This document shows, in pieces, positions 1 to 15,228 of a stretch of 64,000 bases of DNA. Made by a program: the position numbers and the translations under genes. Position 1 is the stretch's first letter. Each line of letters begins with the position of its first letter. The notes below the pieces were generated by a model that did not search any database, was not told the origin of the DNA, and saw only the letters and a program-made list of their open reading frames with translations. Source of the DNA: Eledone cirrhosa (Eukaryota); NCBI GenBank assembly GCA_964016885.1, contig OZ024754.1, positions 27,962,001-28,026,000 of the forward strand, written 5' to 3'.

Positions 1-428
1 CAAGTGAACGTACAAATCGTGAAGTAACATGTAAGTTGTGTTTTCTAATAGACATAATTTTACAGTACTCAATTTTCAAATATTCACCCCAGTGTTAAGT
101 TTTCCATTGAATAATTACCAGTAAAATACTGAGATCAATTCAATTATTTACATATTCACTTCCATTTTTGTCCACGTAAAAGATCCTTCATTGGTGTAGT
201 TTGATGAATGATGAATCTGCTACATGTTTGCACGACCTACTTGTAGTAGCACCTACATAGCCATCCAATCACACTCTACAGACTTCAGAATACCAAAGCA
301 GACAGGACAACGTAGCCTAGGATAAACTAAATTGGGTGCTGACATGCGACAAAACAACAATAATTATAATTAACTATGTATGATATGAAACAGAAACAAA
401 CTAAGCATTGTCCTGCCCTCGACTCTAG

Positions 429-541
<113 letters not shown>

Positions 542-662
542 AATATATATATATATATACTGTATATATACTGTATATATTATATATATATATATATACA
601 CAGTATATATATATACACACACTCATAATAATAATAATAATACCATATTCCAGAGCATACTT

Positions 663-847
663 ATTGGCAGTATCGGTGGAGGGTCGGACGCCATGCTTTG
701 CAGCACAGTTACGTCCCCTTTACGGACTGAGTTCAAATCCCGCCGAGGTTAACTTTGCCTTTCATCCTTACGGGGTCGATAAAATAAAGTACCAGTAATA
801 CACTGGGTAATTGCTGGCCTTGTGCCAAAAGTAGAAACAATTATTAT
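663..847 (+). mobile_element. tRNA-derived SINE family A
   Basis: A box TGGCAGTATCGG, B box GAGTTCAAATCC, central gccgaggttaactttgcctttcatccttacggggtcgataaaataaagtaccag (MetaSINE-like from memory), AT tail; multiple copies in window. Confidence 0.8.
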
Positions 848-1280
848 AGAAACATCAATAATTATATTTTGTAAAACATATGACAGAGCAGAAAATCATC
901 AGAACACAAAGTTATTACTTACATTACTAAGGATTATTTTTATGGTTCAATCAGATAATGTCAACTAATTTTACAAACAGAAGTTCTACAACGATGGAAA
1001 TATTTTTTTGTTTTAAATAAAAACAAAATTAAGTAATGTAAAACCTATACAGCGGTTTCCAACCATAAAGAAAAATGATATTTATTACAATAGTTAGAAT
1101 GAAGAAGATAATTGACAGATAAAAGACAAAGATTTCCATCAGTAGGTTTGTCATTTTAGTGTTAGAAAATATAAGCAATCCATTCCGAGTTCAGTTAAAA
1201 ATTGGCTCGTATGTGTTTTGAAGCGAAGCTTGTAACGTCTGGCTGGAATACTGTGATTCTGTGTAAATCTCTATCTACTT

Positions 1281-1329
<49 letters not shown>

Positions 1330-1989
1330 TTATATATATATAATGTGTGTGTGTATATGCGTGTGTGTGAATATGTGTGCATGTGCGTGTATTTGTGATT
1401 GTATGTGCGTATGTGTGCGTTATGAGTGCGCTTGTGTGTAAATGAGCCTTCTCATCAAAGCGGTTTAAGGAAATTATGCTAGCATTGGCTTTTTCCATTG
1501 TTAACACTACTATCTGCTTAAGATGCACACTCTAGGATCAACCGAACCGGATAATTTGTTGTGAACGGAACATCGGCCACGATGCTTTTCGTCCGATCAC
1601 ACATCATATAATGCTACAGTGAACAGGCTATTTTTTCCGTAAACTTCAACAAATAACAATTTGACTCAGTGAAGAGAAAAATAAAGGTTAAGATGAAAGG
1701 TGAAATATCAAACAATGAAAATTCTCTCTAATCGATTAATAAATTAATCGACTTCTAAAGCATAAAACCATTGCAGCCATTGAACTCTTCTCAATAAATT
1801 TTGTTGTGTTTATTTCATTTTAATAAATTTGTTTGTTGGGCGTCGTTAAACATCGCAAACTATTGTAATAGATATTTACAAAACTATACACACTACAAAC
1901 ACTGAGACAGACATATATGCACAGAGAGGCATATATATGTGTATAAAATTAATGCATACCCACACACACATACACACACACACACACAC

Positions 1990-2047
<58 letters not shown>

Positions 2048-2120
2048 ATATATATAATATATATATATATAATATAATATATATATATATGGAAGGAGGA
2101 GGTTATAGTTCACTTGAACC

Positions 2121-2159
<39 letters not shown>

Positions 2160-2166
2160 GAGAGAG

Positions 2167-2221
<55 letters not shown>

Positions 2222-2246
2222 AGAGAGAAAGAGGAGAGAGAGAGAG

Positions 2247-2277
<31 letters not shown>

Positions 2278-2679
2278 TGAGCTGAGGAGAACTCCTTCGG
2301 GTACAAATGACAAATGATATTAGGTTTTTGCACCACTAGAAAGTTACCCTCCGATGCACAAGACCTGACAAGGTTGCTCGTAGGAAACCAGCAGACATCC
2401 TTGCATTCCAGTCTCCTCTCTCCAGATCCGCATGGTTTATGACCACAAGGGACAGAAGGGAGCTGTGCTTTCCACAGAAATGGTGGTGTTATTTTCTGTG
2501 ATAAAATCTTTATGCACCACCATGTGTTTTTTTAGTCCGGAGCTACTCCTAACTCTTTGTTGCATATTATGCATGTTGTTTGACCAGGAATTTTATTGCC
2601 GGTGGTTGTTCGTTCATGTCTAACAACTGATGTCTTCATCAAGTCTGTGAGCATAAGCCTTCCTGAGCTGTTCGTATAG

Positions 2680-2774
2680 CTTTGTCTTTCATTCTTACGG
2701 AGTCGATAAAATAAAGTACCAGTAATACACTGAGATAATTGCTGGGCTTGTGCCAAAAGTAGAAACAATTATTA
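2680..2774 (+). mobile_element. SINE A, 3' half
   Basis: Matches 755-847. Confidence 0.75.
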
Positions 2775-2874
2775 AAATTCGAACCCAGCTGGCCAGAGTG
2801 CACAAATACGTTTATCAGGAAGGAAGTCGGTTTCGTGTGGGATGGCCGTACTAGTCTAAACTGATAAGTCCCAA

Positions 2875-2967
<93 letters not shown>

Positions 2968-2993
2968 CTTCTCTCTCTCTCTCTCTCTCTCTC

Positions 2994-5030
2994 AACAGCT
3001 TAACCACAAAAGAGTTTAACTATATAAGCCACTTCAAATGCAATACAAGCTCTTTTTACGGCTTACCGAAACTCCACAAATTTAAACCCATAAACGATGC
3101 ATGTGACACCTCAACCAACACTTACATTGAACTAACACCACCAGAAGACCTAAAACTCAGGCCAATTATAGCAGGCCCTACATGTGAAACCCACAGACTT
3201 AGCAACTTTCTGGACATCCTACTGAAACCCTTTCTACAACATATACAGAGCTACATACGAGATGACCTTGACATGCTGAAACACCTCCCTAAAACAGTAA
3301 GTGCAAATGCAATTCTTGTCTCCTTTGACGTAATAAACCTCTACACAAACATACCCCACAACTATGGAATAACAGCAGTCCAATACTGGCTTAACACACA
3401 CCCATCAGAAATACCGACACGCATCAACAAAGATTTTATCACTGACGGACTCCGCTTTATCCTACAAAATAACTACTTCACATTCAATGGTTCAACATAC
3501 AGACAAGTATCAGGTACGGCAATGGGCACGAAAGTAGCACCCACACATGCCAACCTAGTCATGGGATTCCATGAACAACAAATATACAGTCAGTCCCTTC
3601 TCTTATTTGGAGACTCTTTCCACACACACCTCAAGCCAATTGGAAAAGATATCTAGACGACTGCTTTATCCTATGGCAAGAAGACATGAACTCACTTACT
3701 ATGTTTAAAAACATGATAAACAACATAGATAATAACATACAATTCACAATGGAATCCAATCCCAAGGAATTAGCCTTCTTGGATATTCTCATCTCTGTAA
3801 TAGACGGGAAATTAGATACAGATATATTCTATAAACCCACAGATTCCAAGCAATACCTCTTTTTCACATCAAGTCACCCAAAACATACAAAACTTAACAT
3901 TCCTTACAATTTGGCCAAACGTATATGTACCATAGTATCAGATCCACCTAAACGGGAGCAAAGACTAAAGGAACTAAAAGACACCCTTATCTTAAGACCC
4001 TTTCCACTTGAAATAATCAACAATGGAATAGACAGGGCAAAACACCTAAATCCCCATCACCTTAACAATCCAAAACAGAAAACCACACTCAACACCCTGC
4101 CATATGTATCCACTTTCAACCCCAGAAATACCGAAATGTTTGATCACCTACACAAAAACCTCCCCATCCTACTTAAAGATGTAAAAATGAAGTCTATTCT
4201 TGAAACACACAAGATCCTTAAAAGTAAAAGACAACCCAAATCACTAAAACGCATTCTCACTGGACCAAATATACCCAAACCAATCCTCAACCCTACAGTT
4301 ACCAAATGTGGTAGAACAAACTGTGGAACGTGCCTCTACCTCACTGAAGGACAAAAATTTACATTTAAAGATGGCCAAACATTTACAGTAAAAAACAATT
4401 TCACCTGCAACTCGGAGAACTTGATTTACGCAATAACTTGCGGTGGGTGCAAACACAACTACATAGGACAGACGGGCACCTCATTACGCAAAAGAATGAC
4501 CATCCACCGCCAACAAATCCGGGACGCTAGCACAAGAAAAATCCCCTTGAGCAGCCATATTGCGAACTGCGCAGGAATGACACTACCCAACTTTAAAATC
4601 TTCCCCTTCTACAAGTGCTCAGATTCGTTCACACAGCAACAAAGAATAAACAAAGAAAATCTATTCCTTAACAAATTTAAACCAAAACTAAACGGGTTAT
4701 CACCCCAATAGAATTGTCATAAAATATAAACACACATACGCACGGAGTGACAGATATATGTGTTTGTAGGTGTGCATGTATATAATTATCACTACTATTA
4801 AAGACCAGAGACCAATTCTGTAGAATCAGGTTTATTCGTTGACAGACCATGCCTTTGTGTGACCAACACATCCATGTTAAACCCTGCACGTGCACACACA
4901 TATATCTATATATATATGCGCACACAGAATTCACCACTGTCGGTTGCGGGGCCCAATCTACATGAAGAACTCAATGTGATCAGAATGACTTGTATTTTAA
5001 TTTCACTGTCCTAACTTCTTATATTATGGA
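2994..5030 (+). mobile_element. 5'-truncated Penelope-like retroelement (RT + GIY-YIG; Cys-rich linker suggests Neptune type)
   Basis: FYGLPKLHK, LRPIIAG, SFDVINLYTNIP, GTAMGTKVAP, WKRYLDD (YLDD at 3650-3661), CGRTNCGTC linker, NLIYAITC...YIGQT; open 2994-4711 except one frameshift near 3635. Confidence 0.93.
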
Positions 5031-5094
5031 AAAAATATATGTGTATGTATGTATATATATATATTTGGAGGCCATTTCTCTGTGTGTGGGTGTA

Positions 5095-5126
<32 letters not shown>

Positions 5127-5249
5127 TGCATGTGGATGTATGTATTGTGTGTGCGTGTGTGTGTGTGTGTGTGTATGTATGTGTGTATCTGGATGTATGC
5201 GTATGTGTATATATATATGTGTGTGTGTGTGTATATATATGTGTGTGTA

Positions 5250-5280
<31 letters not shown>

Positions 5281-5389
5281 TTGTATGTGTGTATGTATAT
5301 ATATGTGTGTGTGTGTATGTATGTGTGGGGGTGTGTGTGTATATATATGTGTATGTATATGTGTGTATATATGTGTATGTATACATATG

Positions 5390-5434
<45 letters not shown>

Positions 5435-6160
5435 GTGTATCTGGATGTATGTGTATGTATGTGTGTATCTGGATGTATGTGTATGTATATATATGTGTGT
5501 GTGTGTATATATATATGTGTATGTGTGTGTATGTGCATATATGTGTGTGTGTATATATATGTATGTGTGTGTGTATGTACGTGTGTATATGTATGGATAT
5601 ATATATATATATATATATATGTGTGTATATATGTGTATGTATATGTATATGTATGTATGTGTGGATGAAGGTATGTGTGTATATATAGGTGTAAGTGCAC
5701 TAAATCCCTTTCTATCAATCTCCCCTCTCCTACCTACCACAGGAAGATATATGTATGTATATTGCTTCCACCCCCTCACTGACCAGCAGCTGGCCATCTG
5801 GCCATTGCTAAATTTGACCTTTATAAAATAACCCACACCCCCAAGTAACTTCTCATTCACTACCAGAAAGGGACCCAGCAGTCAACGAGCTGCTAAACGA
5901 GCTGCTACCAAGATGAAAACTACTGTGAAATCCCACAATGAATTTTATACTTGAATTTTCAAATCTCAAATTTTAACTCTTCTTATTATTAATTTTTCTT
6001 AATATTAATCAACATTTGAAAAGATGGCTTTTGCAGACCCATCGAAATCGGTCATTTTTTATACCCTTTATTATTTCCTTACCTTATAAAATTATATGTT
6101 TTTTCACAAAAAAGTATTCTGTCTCTTATATATTCCATGTGCCATTACCAACCTCAATTT

Positions 6161-6210
<50 letters not shown>

Positions 6211-6791
6211 ATAAAATATAGAGAAAAATACTGCAGGTAGCACATGGATAACATGTAATAAAATGAGTCCCTCATCAGTGATTTGCCGAAGATCATAGAT
6301 ATTTCATTGCATTAAAAATCATATACCTCACTTCGGTGCAATAATAACCAAAATAAGTTATTAGGACAATTAAAACGCGTAAAGCGAGTGAGACAGGAGA
6401 ACAACAGAGTAAGGCTAACCAGGGGAAAGAAACAAGCTTCAAAAATTATTCTGTTTAGCATAAGCTAGGTGAATATATGAGCGCTATATATATATATGCC
6501 GTTGTGTGTGTGTATATATATATATATACTGGAACGGTTGTTTCAAATGGTAGTGCATGTAAAACGTGGAAACATTAATTGAATGAGTAGGCAATGTATG
6601 TGAGCAGACTCTAAGGTTTATTTTCTGAAGAAAAAGATGAAAGCAACTTTGGCATTATGGTGAATACTTCTTTTGGCAGTCAGAAGAGGTTGAAACTTCG
6701 AAGTCACTGTTAACATTTTCTTTAGAATACATACATACACACACACACACTCACATACGCACATACATATACACACACACTTACACACATA

Positions 6792-6943
<152 letters not shown>

Positions 6944-7018
6944 TGTGTGTGTGTATAAATACATACAGATATGCAAGCATACATATCTACACACATCTTA
7001 TATACATCATACATACAT

Positions 7019-7399
7019 GGTGGCTGCCAACTCGTTTTCGAGTACGGCCACTACTTTATATCCATGTAGGAGAACCCCTACCGATGCGCTGAACGAGTGT
7101 GACATTTAGTCCAGCCAGCGACTTGAAAACTCTGGTACAAACACTACACTTGTGACCATTATTGACACATAGTGCTGGGCCCATGGTACCATGTGATGAC
7201 AAGTGCAGAGAGATCTACAGATATAAAGCAATGCCTGTGCCGTGAAGCTTTTATAGTGAGCAAAGGCACTGCACAAAGCCAGTCCCACTCTCTTAACCAA
7301 GATGATATTTACCAAAAAGAAGAACAAGTCAACATCATTGGATACCATCAGGGTTGCAGGTGTTATATCAGAGTTTTCCTTCTCCTAGAATTCTGCCTT
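7019..7399 (-). mobile_element. Non-autonomous RTE-like retroelement with (ATGT)n tail, truncated copy
   Basis: Near-identical to 27479, 27950, 28629 and 43660 copies; fixed end GGTGGCTGCC next to (TACA)n, variable other end. Confidence 0.75.
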
Positions 7400-7466
7400 A
7401 TATATATACATACATATATACATACATATATATATACATACATATATATGCATACATATATATACA

Positions 7467-7498
<32 letters not shown>

Positions 7499-7548
7499 CA
7501 TACATATATGTACATACATATATATATATATATACATACATATATACA

Positions 7549-7584
<36 letters not shown>

Positions 7585-7749
7585 CATATATATATGTACA
7601 TATATATACATATACATACATATACATACATATATATATATGTATATGTATACATACATGTATATGTATATGTATACATACATACATACACACATACATA
7701 CATACATACATACATACATGCATTCACATTTACATACGTACATACATAT

Positions 7750-10700
7750 TTACCGAAGAAAACCAGTGAGAAAATCAATGAGAAAGGTAAACCAAATTTA
7801 TTTAGTTGTAGCTACAGAAGAAACCGAAGTTATAAATTGCATTTCTCTTGGAGTTGCAAACTTAATGATGATTTATGTAATTGTTATAAAAGGGCGAATA
7901 TAAAACCCCTCCGTTGGCTGTATGAAGAGAATGAAGCTACACTGGGAAGAAATACATCCAGAGCTAAATCACTTCACAGCGAAACAATTACGCCAAAAAG
8001 CGACGTTTGTTGAACGTGAAAATAAGATAAATATTATTAATTGTAAGTCCCCCAGAACAAACATGGAATCAACAACACATGCTACAGCTCACCATGCTAC
8101 TAGACTTCCTAGCAGCCAGGCCGAACAGTGCCTTGAAACAACTATGCCTGTAAGAAATTTGACACCGACTGTTTTGTTGAAAACATTATCGACAATAATA
8201 ATCAAAAGTATAAACAATTGAAATTTTCCCTAAACGAAATCTTCCAGAGAGAAATCAATTCATGTATAAACATTTCTCTTGCTGAATGTAATGAAACAAC
8301 AATACTAAATAAAATAAAACCAAATAATGAAATATTACGTGCTATTGACGAAATGGGGGATGAATATTTACGACGAAGTAAAACCCCAGCATTTTGGCAA
8401 ATCAACGCCTGCTTATATGCCCTAGCAACGACAGTGAAGCATTATCTTGGTGATAACAGAGATATTAACAAGAACAAAACACAACAAAAAATATCATCAT
8501 ATATAACTAAAATAGAAAAAAGATTACTGACCTACGAAAAACTATAGGATATGTGACAATGCCCCTTACATGCCAACAAAAACCAAAAAACTTCACTCCT
8601 CACCAATAAAAAGTGAAAAATAAAATAAAACGATGTTTGGTGACAATATATCCAGAACTCTTCAATATAATCTGATCCCCTTCAAACAAGAATTGAGAGC
8701 TGACAGCGAGAATCGTTGATACCTGAAGAGGGTAGATGAAAGAAAAGTACTTAATAAAAGATTCAGACGAAACCAAACATCAAGAGCAAAGTAATAAATG
8801 TCACTGAGGCCCCATCCCAGAAAGACATAGATTCCTTTTTGAGAAAAATATGGGCTGAAAAGAAATGTGTGGCAAAAAGAAATCCAAAACAACTATTGCT
8901 CCTACACTACAACAAAAATATACGAAATAAATTAGGATACTCTTGAGACTGTGATAGGAAAACTCCAAGATAAGAAAACACCAGGAAAAGACATGATTGT
9001 CGGCTACTGGTACAAAAAAACTGATATTCTACTGGATGTATCTTACCGACCTCTACCAACAAGTTCTCAAGGGAGATACACATATACTATAATGGTTGAC
9101 ATTAGCACACACAATACTGGTCCCCAATAACAAAGTCACCCACTTGGCAAAAAAATACCGACCCATTGCGTGCCAGAACTTGATGTATAAGATGTATACA
9201 GCCTGAACCTATTCCTCCAAGATTACTGTGAATATAATAACACAATCACAGATGAACAAGCAGCTGGAAAGAAAGGAGTTTGGGGATGTGCTGAACAACT
9301 CCTAATCGACAAAACTGCGATGTCAGAGGTGCGACAACTTAGGAGGAATATGGCTACAGTCTGGCTGGACTACTGGAAAGCGTTTGATTCTGTTCCCCAC
9401 TCTGAGATGACAGAGGCCCTCCGACTTGCTAAAGCCCTAGACATTATTATCATAGGGATAGAGAAGGTGTCTTTTTTTGGTGGGGGGTGGGGGGGCTAAT
9501 ATCCTAAAGTTAAAAACAGAAAAGGGGGACTGTATTTTCACTGATAAAATAGAATATCACAGGGGTATATTTCAAGGAGACGGTCTCTCTGTGCTACTAT
9601 TTATCCTGTCATTAAACCCCTTGTCCTTTCTGCTCAAGAAATATGAAGGATACATTATTGGCTCACAGGAGGACAGAAATACGAACTTAACCCATAATGT
9701 CTTTGTGGATGACCTGAAACTCTATGCCAAGAACATAGATGGGATGAAGAAAAATCTTCACCTTGTTACAACAGTCTCAAAGGATATAGGAATGGAGCTT
9801 GGCCAAGATAAATGTTCAGATATGACTGTAAAGCGGGGAAAAACTACAACCGAATCTAGAAACATTTTTATCAATGGCCTAAGTGTTTCACTAATATCTG
9901 ACGAGAACTTGCTACAGATATCTGGGGATAGATGAGAACATATCCTATAATGGTATCTGTAATAAGGAACGCGTAACCAGGGAATATTACACCCGATTAA
10001 GAAAGATATGATCATCGGAACTCTCTGCGCACAATAAAACAGTGTTTGCTGTGCCTGTCATGACACCAATGTTTGGAAATTATTGATTGGACGATAGACG
10101 AAATCCGAACAATTGGTGTTAGGACTCGAAAAATACTAAACAACACCGGAAACTTCCACATCAACAGTGACATAGACCGCCTTTACTTGAAATGTAACGA
10201 GGGAGGCAGAGACCTAACATCAGTCCAGACAGAATTTGAGTGTCGCATCATATCCCTCGGACAATATTTATCAACCTCGAAGCGTAGGAGCGCATCTATT
10301 GAGCAAGTTTATCTGCATGAGATAGATAAGATCATAAGAGTTGGGAAAGAACTTCTTGAAAGATACTCCTTGCATGATAGTCAAAAACTCACACCCAGGG
10401 AAATTGCCCAGCAGTACTGCAGTGAATCCATGGATGAAAAACTGCATGCTTATCAGCAAAAAATCGATATGTTGCCAGGAAGCTCCAGAGTGAGAGTAAT
10501 ATAGATAATGAAAGTAGTCTATCTTGGACCAACAACCGCTCTATTGCTCCCACTTTGAAGGATACGCTTTTGAAATTCAAGAACAGGAAATCAACACAAA
10601 ATACCTGATTCACAAAAGAGATAGAGATACAGGCAAAACACCTTGATGTGACAAATGCAGATTCTACAGAATTCACATCGCAGATGTCTCACATGTCATA

Positions 10701-11484
10701 AGCAGCTGTCGAAAGATGACATGGCGGTACCATCTACCTATGAGGCACGATGTAGTGGCCAAAACACTGTACAATGCAATCCGTATAAAAGATAGCCCCG
10801 ACAGTAAACACATTAAAAGCTAGAGCAATGTAGAAGACATACATATACATAATATGAAAGAGTACTGGTGGAATGTTCCAGTAAAAACCCCAATAAAATG
10901 CAGGCATAACAGATCAGATATAATGATATGAGACAGGGAAAAGAAGGCATGCCCAGTAGTGAAAGTTACCTGCCCAGCAGATGCCAATATAATATTAAAG
11001 ATTACCGAAAATGAGAATATCTATGCAGAACTAATGTGGAATCTACAGATACTCCACCCTGATTATACCTTCAGATTTATGCCTGTTGTTATTGGGGCAC
11101 TAAGATATGTTAGTAACTGCCTCAGTACAAATCTTGAGAAGCTGGACTTCACAGAAACAGAAAGAACATGACTAGTTAGGAAACTACAAGTACAATCCAT
11201 TAATGGAACAGTAAACATATGTAAAACATTCCAAAAATTCTGCATCTAATAACTACATATAAACTTGTACAGACACAAAAGATATGCAGATGCGCACATA
11301 CAACTCAAAATATACACATCCACACATACAATAACATCCATATCTACACATGCATGCAGGCAGACATGCATACATACCTACCTAGTTGATGTTGTGTAAA
11401 TTCCAATGAGAGAGTCTTGTATCTATGTTAGAAACCGACTCTCTCTCTCTATGGGTAAAAATTTGTGAAATTATAAAACGAGAA
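7750..11484 (+). mobile_element. Decayed R4/Dong-clade non-LTR retrotransposon (RT + restriction-like endonuclease), copy 1
   Basis: YRPIAC, WLDY..AFDS, GIFQGD, FVDDLKLY, RHD, EVTCP motifs; many stops and frameshifts; flanked by (CATA)n; homologous to 38663-42815. Confidence 0.9.
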
Positions 11485-11518
11485 CATACATACATACATA
11501 TATGCATACATACATACA

Positions 11519-11550
<32 letters not shown>

Positions 11551-12134
11551 TATTCACTTCCATATGATGCTGCAGACGGATTCTTCGACATTATGTGACA
11601 CATGGCATTATCGATTTCCTATATTAATTCAATCAGAAAGCATTTGGAACTGCGGCAGCGAAACTTCTAGAAGTAATGACAAAACCTAAAAACACTATGA
11701 TAGAAATCTGTTAGCGTGGTATTAGATTCAGATCAATAAATATTCAATAGTAATAGCCATAGCTCACCTATCTATACCTTGATTTCAGAACACCTTCAAC
11801 CAGATGTCATTCAATGACTCATCTGTTGTCATATATTATATATTTTTTGTATATTATTTTCATAATTAATATGTTGTTGTTGCTGTTGTTTTTATTTTTT
11901 TTGTCGCAACTTATTACCATCAATATTATAATAATGGTTTCTGATTTAGGCACAAGGCCAACAATTTTGACAATTTTCAGGGAGAGAAAAGTCGTTTACA
12001 TCGACACCATTCCATTACTAGTGCTTTATTTTGTCAACTTTATTTTGTTATTATGAGGACTGCATCCTCGGATGAAATTCGTTTTGTGATATTTCGCCGG
12101 CAGGAAAAACACGTTCTTCTGCTCGTGTGCCCGG

Positions 12135-12202
<68 letters not shown>

Positions 12203-13010
12203 TTAGTAAAATCTGTTATTTTAATAAATATTTGTTCTAGGGTTCTTATATATTTGATATCTGTTAGATACGCAGTGACTAACAACAGAATGTTTTAAGT
12301 CTGCGTGTTCTGATATATATGCGTAGCTTGTGAATAACATATTCAGGGGGGTTCGCTGGCCGTGGTGATCCCTTCAAACATGTTTTGTAATGTATCGTCT
12401 TATTGGCTAATTTCATCGTCTTATTGGCTAATCAACCAATGAGAGTAATTGTTGCTCAAAAGCATCCGCCACTTTGTTTGCACGTTTATTTATCGTTTCG
12501 CTTTCGAATCTTCCTCCTGTATTTCGTAGTTTTATCATCAAAATATTTTTCTCGTTTTGGTAAGTTATATTGTTAATTTATATATGATTTTTTTAATTTA
12601 TATTAACTATTTTTTTCAGTTCGTTATAACATGCTTATAATGTTGGTTGTATCTTATTTACTTGTATATTTGTCCATATTATTGTTCGTTTTATGTTAGA
12701 TTATTTTATTATTATTATGTTAGATTATTTTTTTTTTATTATGTTAGACTATTTGTATGTAATATTTAATTTTTATTAATTCAACTATAACAATTATTAT
12801 GTAAAATATATTTATTTAATATATTGATTGTTTTTTGTAGTTGTTTATATTAAAAGTCTGAGAATATTTTTATACATCTTACAATAATATTTATAAGATC
12901 ATTTATAAAATAACAATTATATAATCTAATTACATTACAACGATAATTTATTATTAATATATATCATTCTTAACTAGAGTTATTACAAGCGTTGCCTTAA
13001 AAAATATTAA

Positions 13011-13451
13011 ACTAGACCTGAAAAATGCTCAAAAGAGCCACAGAATGTTATAATAAACCTTCAAAAGTGTGGGACTAGAGTTGTTGCTCAAAAATATTGT
13101 AATCATTATCTATCGTACACTCTGTGGCATCCTTTTATAAAACAGAGACTCATAACGAACTCAAGACGATACGATAATTATTTAAGTGAATTTATAATAT
13201 AGAATTTGGTTTAAGTGCATTTCGTATTAATCATTACTAAACATCTAATATGAGATATTGAACATTAGCTTAAATAATTATCGTGTCGTCTTGAGTTCGT
13301 TGTGAGTCTCTTTTTTATAAAAGGATGCCACAGAGTGTACGATAGATAATGATTACAATATTTTTGAGCAACAACTCTAGTTCCACACTTTTGAAGGTTT
13401 ATTATAACATTCTGTGGCTCTTTTGAGCTTGCGCATTTTTCAGGTCTAGTA
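13011..13451. repeat. About 175-bp inverted repeat with an 82-bp spacer
   Basis: 13011-13186 versus 13269-13451. Confidence 0.88.
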
Positions 13452-13507
13452 TATTTATTCTTATCAAGCCCTCTCTGGATTTTAGTTTTCAAATTTATTA
13501 TTATTAC

Positions 13508-13575
<68 letters not shown>

Positions 13576-13625
13576 GAAATAGCTGTCGAAACGGCTTGAG
13601 CTCTGCCGTCGGGGTCATACTTTTT

Positions 13626-13680
<55 letters not shown>

Positions 13681-14599
13681 TTATATACATATATAGGTCG
13701 TTAGAACGTCAAATAGAGTGCTATGTGGTATTCATTTCGGCTCTCTGCTCACTGATTTCATATTCTACCGAGGTCAGCTTAGCCTTTCATCCATTCGATA
13801 TCGATAAAAATAGTATCAGTGTAGAACAGGTGTCGATTCTTCCTCTATATCTCTTTCTCATTTCCATTCTTTACTTCTCTATATATTTCTTTGGAAGAAA
13901 TCTTCTGTACTCAGACCAGGTTTTAAGAATGCCTAAGAAACGCTAATGCGGCGCCCCTACGGTGCTATCAGAAGTTTATGTGACCATACTACACCAGCCC
14001 CCAATGGACCAGCAGTACTGATAGTAGGATCGAAACAATGTAAGTTTATCTCAACTGTCAATTTACATATATAGAATCATCTTTTCGACCAGACACAATT
14101 TTACTTGATTTCCTTCTTATTTTTTCTTTTTCCATTTTTTTTTAAAAATATATTTTGACTAAATTTAAAAATAATAGATTTTATTATTCATTTATTGTTG
14201 TTTTATTTTTATTTCGTTGGTGTTTTTTTATGCTGTTTGTGTTGTTTTTGTGAGTGATTTTGTTGATTTTTTTTTCTTTATTTTCTGTTTCAGACATCCG
14301 CCGTTTAATTATTGCTATACCTTGCCTTAAGAAAAAATAATTTTAAATATTAATTAAGCAAAATAAATTATAATTTTATTGTTTTCTTTATTATTAGTTT
14401 GTTGTTATTGTTTACGTGTTTCTCCTTTAAAATAAAAAACGAATCTTTTTTTGATATTTTTCAATCAGAATATTAATCTTTAATTCTTTTCTCTTGTCGC
14501 ATCATATCTCTTGGTTAAGTGGTTGGCTGGCTGGTTGGTTGGTTGGTTGGTTGGTTGGTTGGTTGGTGTGTGTGTATGTGTGTATATATATATATATAT

Positions 14600-14694
<95 letters not shown>

Positions 14695-14794
14695 TATATA
14701 CATATATGTTTATCCCGGGTTCAATCGGGGGTAACCACAATAAGTAAATAAGGTACTCAATACATAACAGAGTATAAATATTTAATATAGAAAT

Positions 14795-14845
14795 GGCTTC
14801 TACAGGACTAGAAGTGTTTCATTCGGGAGAAATCATCAGGGAGCC
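14795..14845 (-). ncRNA. Type I hammerhead ribozyme motif
   Basis: GGCTCC-CTGATGA-TTTCTCCCGAAT-GAAACA..TGTA-GAAGCC; GUA triplet, one mismatch in stem I. Confidence 0.65.
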
Positions 14846-14900
14846 CAGGGCTCTCCTGATGTTTTCTCCCGAAAACAGTTCTAGTCCTGCAGAAGCCATT

Positions 14901-14933
<33 letters not shown>

Positions 14934-15168
14934 ACTTTAACTTTGATAGGTTTCGGCCAGTATTGGCCCAGGCCATGTCTAACTTACTAGCACCACGTTG
15001 CGAAGTCTTTCAAATCAGGATTTGTACACCATGGCCCACTCAAGTAGAGAGTTATTGTTTACGGAGACATATCCAGGTGTAGGAGATTTATCCGAAATTT
15101 CTTGAAGGAATTTGTCCAAAGACTTCTTGAGCACTCGCGTTTCAAAACTCGATATTCGAGTTAATTTT

Positions 15169-15228
<60 letters not shown>

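Noticed and set aside
663-745. tRNA genes at SINE heads
   Set aside because: A and B boxes are present but there is no cloverleaf, and they continue into a repeated SINE body.
6215-6290. CTGATGAG on the minus strand next to (TA)n
   Set aside because: No GAAA or stem III follows; at best a deleted hammerhead.
7172-7399. Recurrent ORF MLGPWYHV.. as a gene family
   Set aside because: Chance frame on the antisense strand of a repeated non-coding element; GTG start and variable truncation.
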